NCBI GenBank assembly: GCA_041752695.1
Contig: JBGSVZ010000031.1
Location: 1 to 64,000, forward strand
Direction: 5' to 3'
Length of the DNA: 64,000 bases
DNA from: Terrimicrobiaceae bacterium
Lineage (GTDB): Bacteria; Verrucomicrobiota; Verrucomicrobiia; Chthoniobacterales; Terrimicrobiaceae
A model generated the notes under the pieces. The model searched no databases. It saw nothing but the letters and a program-made list of their open reading frames with translations, and was not told the DNA's origin. Positions 58,250 through 64,000 of this stretch are shown here, in pieces (positions within the stretch are counted from its first letter, which is position 1; each line of letters starts with the position of its first letter). A program made the translations under genes and the position numbers.

Positions 58250-59752
58250 TCAGCGGCGAGTCGGCCGCGGGCGGTGACGGAAAATGGTCAAAAGGCCGGC
58301 TACCGTGAGGAGGGCGACGGTCCCGGGTTCGGGGACCTGCTCGATATTCAGACTTCCATTGAATCCGTAGGATCCCGGGGGAACGGGCAGACCGGGAGAG
58401 AACCCTGGACCACCGTTTGAACCCGCAGGTCCGGCCATGCCGTCGCTTGCAGGAGGCACCAGACCAGATCCGCCAGATCCGCTGAATCCGCCCTGCCCTC
58501 CGTCACCGCCAAATCCTCCCATCCCGGGCAGGCCGGGCGTGCCGTGAAAGCCACCATAACCACCGGCTCCGCCAAATGTCGAAAAGGCTTGGATATCGTA
58601 ATCATAGGAATCTTCGAAAAGAAGGGTGATAGATCCCGCATCTCCACCGTTGCCACCCAACCCGCCATCTCCGGCATCTCCGCCTTTGCCGCCGGTTCCG
58701 CCTGGAGCGCCAAATCCCCCGGATCCGCCCCGGCCGCCATTGCCATCATCGAAGGTGACGAAGGGATTGCCTCCCAAGCCACCATCTCCACCATCTCCAC
58801 CAGTGCCCCCCTGGCTGCCGATGCCGCCATCACCACCTCGACCGCCTTCGCCACCGGTGCCACCATCGGAAACGATCTTTCCGTCCAAGGTCACGACCAA
58901 ACCATGCAGGAGAATATTTCCGCCATTTCCGCCCGTGCCGCCGATTTCTCCCGTAACACCTGTGCCACCAGAATTTCCGGTGAGTCCGAATCCGCCATTG
59001 CCTCCGGATCCACCACCACCTCCGCCCCCGCCACCCCCGCCGCCGGTGCCAGACGCTCCATTCCCTCCCGCGCCTCCATCCGGCCCGGAGTTGGGATGTC
59101 CGGGATCAACCGATCCTCCATGGTTGCCAGTCAGACCACCGTCACCGCCGGGGCCACCGGGGTAGAACGCACCTGAAATGCCGCTTCCCCCCGCGCCGCC
59201 AGCCCCTCCGGTGTCTCCCGAGTTATTGCTGCCATTGCCGCCAGCTTGTCCATTGGCTCCGGTTCCAGCTTGGGCTACGATTGCACCGGTGGTTCCGGTC
59301 GCTCCCGTCACGCCGATCGTTCCGGTCGCGCCTTTGCTGATAATCGTTCCGCTGGTGGTGACGAACAATGTTCCATTCGAACCGACTTCGATGTTGCCAC
59401 CATGGAGTTGGGAGGTCGTTCCGCTAAAATTAATCGTGCCGGCAATCGTGGCGTCGCCGGCGGAAAGAAAGGCAAACGAGGCCGATCCTGTGACAAAAAT
59501 ATTGTAGCCGGTGGAGAGCTGGATGCTGTCGAAGGTGAAGACTGTCGATCCCCCGGAGGAAATTCCCGAAAATGTCGCACCGCCCGTAATGGTCATGGCG
59601 TCGGTGTTCACGAAGACATCCCCGGTGGCGTTGAACGAACCCAACGAGGTAAAATTATCTGGGTTGAGGTAATCCGCCGCCCGAGTCGAACCCAGCGAAC
59701 CGGCCAGGAGAAGAATCGCCGACATGGCCGCGGCTCGTAGGTTTGTGCGCAT
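58250..59752 (-). CDS. Glycine-rich PEP-CTERM surface protein
   Basis: Signal peptide; GG.GG.GG runs; C-terminal VPEPGTVALLTVAGLLTIFRHRPRPTRR. Confidence 0.9.
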   Translation of the reverse strand: MRTNLRAAAMSAILLLAGSLGSTRAADYLNPDNFTSLGSFNATGDVFVNTDAMTITGGATFSGISSGGSTVFTFDSIQLSTGYNIFVTGSASFAFLSAGDATIAGTINFSGTTSQLHGGNIEVGSNGTLFVTTSGTIISKGATGTIGVTGATGTTGAIVAQAGTGANGQAGGNGSNNSGDTGGAGGAGGSGISGAFYPGGPGGDGGLTGNHGGSVDPGHPNSGPDGGAGGNGASGTGGGGGGGGGGGGSGGNGGFGLTGNSGGTGVTGEIGGTGGNGGNILLHGLVVTLDGKIVSDGGTGGEGGRGGDGGIGSQGGTGGDGGDGGLGGNPFVTFDDGNGGRGGSGGFGAPGGTGGKGGDAGDGGLGGNGGDAGSITLLFEDSYDYDIQAFSTFGGAGGYGGFHGTPGLPGMGGFGGDGGQGGFSGSGGSGLVPPASDGMAGPAGSNGGPGFSPGLPVPPGSYGFNGSLNIEQVPEPGTVALLTVAGLLTIFRHRPRPTRR

Positions 59753-59834
59753 GGGTGGTTATTGGGGTGGTTGGCCTGTTTGGAAAGAGAAATCTGGGCA
59801 ACCGGTTGACGGAATGCCTAGTGGGCTCAAATGC

Positions 59835-59868
59835 AAAAAGCGGTCCCGCTTTCACGGGACCGCTTTTT
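59835..59868 (-). terminator. Rho-independent terminator after ilvC (bidirectional form)
   Basis: AAAAAGCGGTCCCG-CTTTCA-CGGGACCGCTTTTT. Confidence 0.9.
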
Positions 59869-59903
59869 AGCGTTAAGCGATGGCAGGGAGGCGAGGCCCC
59901 GGC

Positions 59904-60932
59904 TTATTTGTACGAAGCCTGCTGGCCTTTGATGTCGCGCTTTTTGATCCAAGGCATCAAACCGCGGAGACGGGCGCCGGTTTTTTCGATGGGGTGATTT
60001 TCCCCGGCTTTCAGAAGGGCATTGTACTTTTTGTATCCACCTTCGTATTCCTTGACCCATTCCTTGGCAAATTTGCCGTTCTGAATGTCTTTGAGGGCGG
60101 CCTTCATGCGTTTTTTCACCCCGGAATCGATGATCTTCGGTCCCACGCTCACGTCGCCCCACTTGGCAGTTTCGCTGATCGAGAAACGCATGCCGGCGAT
60201 GCCCGCTTCGTTCATCAGATCGACGATGAGCTTGAGTTCGTGGAGGCATTCAAAATAGGCCATTTCGGGAGCGTAGCCCGCTTCGACGAGGGTCTCAAAA
60301 CCGGCCTGCACCAGGGCGGAGGCCCCGCCGCAAAGAACCGTCTGTTCCCCGAAGAGGTCGGTTTCGGTTTCTTCCTTAAAGGTGGTTTCAATCACACCGC
60401 CGCGGGTTCCGCCGACGCCCTTAGCCCAGGCGAGGGCGATCTTTTTGGCGTCCTTGCCGGGGTTCTGGTAGACGGCGATGATGGCGGGCACGCCTTTGCC
60501 TTCGGTGAACTGGCGGCGGACGATGTGGCCGGGGCCTTTCGGGGCCACCATGATGATGTTCACGTTTTTCGGCGGAACGATGGTCTTGTAGTGAATGGAA
60601 AAGCCGTGGCTGAAGAGGAGGGTTTTGCCCTTGGTGAGATTGGGCTCAATGTCCTTCTTGTAGGCAGCGGGCTGCTTGGTGTCGGGCAGGGCGACCATGA
60701 TGACGTCGGCGAGTTTCACGGCTTCGGCGGTGTCATAAACCTTGAAGCCATAGTCTTCGGCAACCTTGCGGGATTTGCTGCCGGGGTAGAGACCAATGAT
60801 GACCTTGGCGCCGCTCTCCTTGAGGTTGAGGGCGTGGGCGTGACCCTGCGAGCCGAAGCCAAGCACGGCGAGGGTTTTGCCTTTGAGAACTTTGAGGTCT
60901 GCGTCTTTGTCGGTGTAGATTTTAGCGGGCAT
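59904..60932 (-). CDS. ilvC: Ketol-acid reductoisomerase
   Basis: [40 protein letters not shown]. Confidence 0.97.
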   Translation of the reverse strand: MPAKIYTDKDADLKVLKGKTLAVLGFGSQGHAHALNLKESGAKVIIGLYPGSKSRKVAEDYGFKVYDTAEAVKLADVIMVALPDTKQPAAYKKDIEPNLTKGKTLLFSHGFSIHYKTIVPPKNVNIIMVAPKGPGHIVRRQFTEGKGVPAIIAVYQNPGKDAKKIALAWAKGVGGTRGGVIETTFKEETETDLFGEQTVLCGGASALVQAGFETLVEAGYAPEMAYFECLHELKLIVDLMNEAGIAGMRFSISETAKWGDVSVGPKIIDSGVKKRMKAALKDIQNGKFAKEWVKEYEGGYKKYNALLKAGENHPIEKTGARLRGLMPWIKKRDIKGQQASYK

Positions 60933-60967
60933 GGTTTGGAAAAGTGTAAGGTGGAAGGTGAAGGGGT

Positions 60968-61444
60968 TTAGTTACTGCGGGGGAGGGCGACTTTGCCGGT
61001 GCGGGTGAGCGCCGTGATGCCGAAGCGTTCCATCAGCATGATAAACTTGCTGATCTTTCCGTCGGTGCCGGTCATTTCGATGGCCAGGGTGTCCTGCTGC
61101 ACATCAATGATCTTGGCGCGGAAAATGTCGCAAATCTGCATCACCTCGGGGCGGGTCTTGGAGGTGGCGGAAACGCGGAGAAGGACGAGTTCGCGGTCCA
61201 CGTATTCCTCGTCGCGGAAATCCTGCACGTCGATCACGTCGACGAGTTTATCAAGTTGCTTGGAAACCTGCTCAAGCACCTTGTCGTCGCCGCGGACGAC
61301 GATCGTCATGCGCGAGGCGGTGGGATCGAGGGTTGGCCCGACGTTGAGCGAATCGATGTTAAAGCCGCGTCCGCTGAACATGCCGGCGATGCGCGTGAGC
61401 GCTCCGGATTTGTTTTCGACGAGGATGGAGATGGTATGGCGCAT
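60968..61444 (-). CDS. ilvN: Acetolactate synthase small subunit
   Basis: [41 protein letters not shown]. Confidence 0.96.
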   Translation of the reverse strand: MRHTISILVENKSGALTRIAGMFSGRGFNIDSLNVGPTLDPTASRMTIVVRGDDKVLEQVSKQLDKLVDVIDVQDFRDEEYVDRELVLLRVSATSKTRPEVMQICDIFRAKIIDVQQDTLAIEMTGTDGKISKFIMLMERFGITALTRTGKVALPRSN

Positions 61445-61747
61445 GGATCAGGAGAATTGGGGATAGTGGCGGGTCCTAAGGGGTGCGTCAAACAGGAAAG
61501 AGCGGCCTTTCGCAGGCGCTGCGATGAGCGGGGCGAGGACTCGCCCCACGTTTTCCTCTCGCCGTTCGGGCGGGTCAGGCCCGCCGTTGGTTCCATTTTC
61601 GAAGTCACCACATCACGCCGCAGATTACGACTATCCGAGCAACTTGCCGGACGTGGAAGGCGCCGTATAATTTTTGGTGGGAGAAGACAGGCCTGCCGCT
61701 TGGTGGTTGATAGCCAGCGTAGGCCTGCCCCTAACCGGGCCACTCGT

Positions 61748-63226
61748 TCACGTGCCGCAAAAGGTCTGACGCACAATCTCCTGCTCCTGTGGTGGTTGGA
61801 GGTAGCGGGCAAAGTCCGGCTGGTCATCGTAGGGTCTTGCGAGCACGGACATGAATTCGTGAAAGGGCGCGAAATCTGCGCGATCCACGGCCGCCCGGAT
61901 CACGGCTTCCATGCGATGATTGCGCGGGATGAACGCGGGATTCACCGCCCGCATCGCCGCCCGGCGCTCAGCGGGATCTCCCGGCTCCATCGACAAGCGG
62001 GTCCGCCAGCGGGCGAGCCACTCCTGCAATTTTCCGTCGTCCGCAAACATTGTGTGCAAACTGGTTTTCTGTCCCGCCTCTCCACTCACTTCGCAGAGCC
62101 CCCGGAAGGTGAGGGTGAAATCCGCCTGATGGGCTTCCATCAAATCCAGCAAGTCGCGGCAGAGCTCTTCGTCTCCCCCGTCCGCCGTCGAGAGGCCGAG
62201 CTTTTTGCGGAATTCCTCCAGATGGACTCCGGCGAACAATTCAGGAAATTTCGCGAGCGATTCTTCGGCCTGCGCGATCGCGGTCGGCTCATCGTCGGAT
62301 AGTAGTGGAAGAAAACACTCGGCGAGTCGGGTCAGGTTCCAATGGGCAATGCTGGGCTGATTGGCGTAGGCGTAACGACCATTCTGGTCGATGGCACTAT
62401 AAACCGTGGCGGGATCGAAAGCGTCAAGGAAGGCGCAGGGTCCATAATCGATGGTCTCGCCGGCGATGGACATGTTGTCCGTATTCATCACGCCATGGAT
62501 AAAGCCGACGAGCAGCCAGCGCGGAATGAGCCTGGCTTGCGCGTGGATCACGCTGTCGAGGAGTGCGCGATAGGGGTGGGCGTTCTCGGTCGCGGCGGGA
62601 TAATGTCTGGCTATGACATAGTCGGCGAGGAGGCGAAGCCCTTCGATATCGTTGCGGGCGGCGAAAAACTGGAACGTCCCGACGCGAATGTGGCTGGCGG
62701 CAACCCGCGCAATCACTCCCCCCGGGAGCAGCGTCTCCCGGACGACATTTTCGCCCGACGTCACCGCGGCGAGAGCTCGGGTGGTCGGAATGCCGAGCGC
62801 CGCCATCGCCTCACTCACGGCATATTCGCGGAGCACTGGGCCCAGGGCTGCGCGGCCATCCCCGCGTCGGGAAAAGGGCGTCGGGCCGGCGCCTTTTAAC
62901 TGCACGTCCCGCCGGGCACCGTCTCGTCCGATCATTTCCCCGAGAAGGATGGCGCGGCCGTCGCCAAGTTGCGGTACGAATCCGCCGAATTGATGTCCGG
63001 CATAAGCGGTGGAGATCGGCTCAGCGCCGATGGGCAGCCTGTTCCCCGCCAGCATGGCTACGCCTTCCTCTCCTGCCAGCCACGCCGGGTCGATTCCGAG
63101 TTGCCGCGCCAACGGTTCGTTGATCCGGATCAAACCCGGGGCTGATACGGGAGTAGGCGTCGTCCGCGTAAAAAAGCGTTCGGGAAGCCGGGCATAGGTG
63201 TTGTCGAAAGGGATCGGTCGATTCAT
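61748..63226 (-). CDS. selO: Protein adenylyltransferase SelO/YdiU
   Basis: [48 protein letters not shown]-terminal TFCGT. Confidence 0.95.
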   Translation of the reverse strand: MNRPIPFDNTYARLPERFFTRTTPTPVSAPGLIRINEPLARQLGIDPAWLAGEEGVAMLAGNRLPIGAEPISTAYAGHQFGGFVPQLGDGRAILLGEMIGRDGARRDVQLKGAGPTPFSRRGDGRAALGPVLREYAVSEAMAALGIPTTRALAAVTSGENVVRETLLPGGVIARVAASHIRVGTFQFFAARNDIEGLRLLADYVIARHYPAATENAHPYRALLDSVIHAQARLIPRWLLVGFIHGVMNTDNMSIAGETIDYGPCAFLDAFDPATVYSAIDQNGRYAYANQPSIAHWNLTRLAECFLPLLSDDEPTAIAQAEESLAKFPELFAGVHLEEFRKKLGLSTADGGDEELCRDLLDLMEAHQADFTLTFRGLCEVSGEAGQKTSLHTMFADDGKLQEWLARWRTRLSMEPGDPAERRAAMRAVNPAFIPRNHRMEAVIRAAVDRADFAPFHEFMSVLARPYDDQPDFARYLQPPQEQEIVRQTFCGT

Positions 63227-63429
63227 GGAAACCACGCTACCACCTAGAAGGATCTGTGGCGGAACGGAATCTGGCCCGTGTGTGATCCGCGCGTCTCCTC
63301 GGCCGTTCTTCGGCCGCCGACACCAGCGAGCATCGGGCGGACACCGGCTAATCGATCACTTCGCCATCGCGTGAGTCTGTACCAACCTCCCTTCCTACGT
63401 TATATCCTGGGAGAGGAGCGGTACCGCGA

Positions 63430-64000
63430 CTACGTCGAGGCCATGGGAACGCCGCTTTTCAGCAGCTTCTCGACAAATCCCGTGTCGTATTTGCCGCGGC
63501 GGAAGTCGCCGTTTTGCATGATGATCTGCTGAAAGGGGATCGTCGTTTTGATCCCTGTGATCAAATATTCGCCAAGGGCGCGGTGCATGCGATTGATGCA
63601 GGCTTCGCGACTGGAGGCGGTGGTGATCACCTTGGCGATCATGGAATCGTAATTCGGCGGGATGGTGTAGCCGGCGCAGGCGTGGGAGTCGATGCGCACG
63701 CCGCGGCCGCCGGGAGCGTAATAATCGGCGATGAGGCCGGGGCTGGGCTGGAAATTTTTCGCGGGATCCTCCGCGTTGATCCGGCACTCAATAGCGTGGT
63801 GACGCGGTTGGGCGTTGACCACATAATCGGAAAGGTGTTCACCGGCGGCTACCTGAAGCTGCTGCTTCACGAGGTCGCAGCCATAAACTTCCTCGGTGAT
63901 GGGATGTTCCACCTGGATGCGGGTGTTCATCTCCATGAAATAGAATTCGCCGTAATCATCCACCAGGAACTCCATGGTGCCGGCATTGGTGTAGCCAACG
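63430..64000 (-). CDS. accC: Acetyl-CoA carboxylase biotin carboxylase subunit, partial (5' end outside the window)
   Basis: FMEMNTRIQVEHP, HAIECRINAED, PGG.GVR.DSH, YDSMIAK. Confidence 0.92.
   Translation of the reverse strand, partial: VGYTNAGTMEFLVDDYGEFYFMEMNTRIQVEHPITEEVYGCDLVKQQLQVAAGEHLSDYVVNAQPRHHAIECRINAEDPAKNFQPSPGLIADYYAPGGRGVRIDSHACAGYTIPPNYDSMIAKVITTASSREACINRMHRALGEYLITGIKTTIPFQQIIMQNGDFRRGKYDTGFVEKLLKSGVPMAST

Noticed and set aside
58626..59165. Pro-rich plus-strand ORF
   Set aside because: Reverse complement of the Gly-rich PEP-CTERM gene.
61748..61765. Selenocysteine read-through in selO
   Set aside because: C-terminus is TFCGT followed by TGA, the ordinary Cys-type ending; no SECIS-like evidence.

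Overview
GC-rich bacterial chromosome segment, most likely Verrucomicrobiota (inferred from a PEP-CTERM protein, the prs-rplY-pth-rpsF-ssb order, pilin-rich loci and few Shine-Dalgarno sites). From left to right: (1) 1-7.0 kb, a decaying glycan-utilisation island (BadF-type sugar kinase missed by the ORF track, DeoR regulator, sialate O-acetylesterase, heparinase II/III-like lyase, a truncated secreted protein) ending in an integrase remnant that abuts tRNA-Leu(TAG); (2) housekeeping genes (uppP, glnB, tRNA-Ile2, pyc, mlaEFD-like, pabB-like, prs, rplY, pth, rpsF, ssb, ppc) with a REP-associated tyrosine transposase flanked by five GTAG REPs and two unrelated GGAG REP doublets; (3) an unusual trio at 26-30.5 kb: a GspE/PilB-type ATPase with a signal peptide, exported domain and membrane anchor, a CvpA fusion, and a redoxin lacking CxxC; (4) a ~20 kb type IV filament locus at 33.6-53.2 kb (secretin, PilT, divergent PilMNOP-like genes, PilC, PilB, nine pilin-like genes, embedded NarL-type two-component system) converging on a CBM2-CBM2-GH18 chitinase; (5) qor-like gene, DUF3597, a Gly-rich PEP-CTERM protein, ilvC, ilvN, selO and partial accC. 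No CRISPR array or rRNA seen. All calls come from motif recognition by eye; no searches were run.
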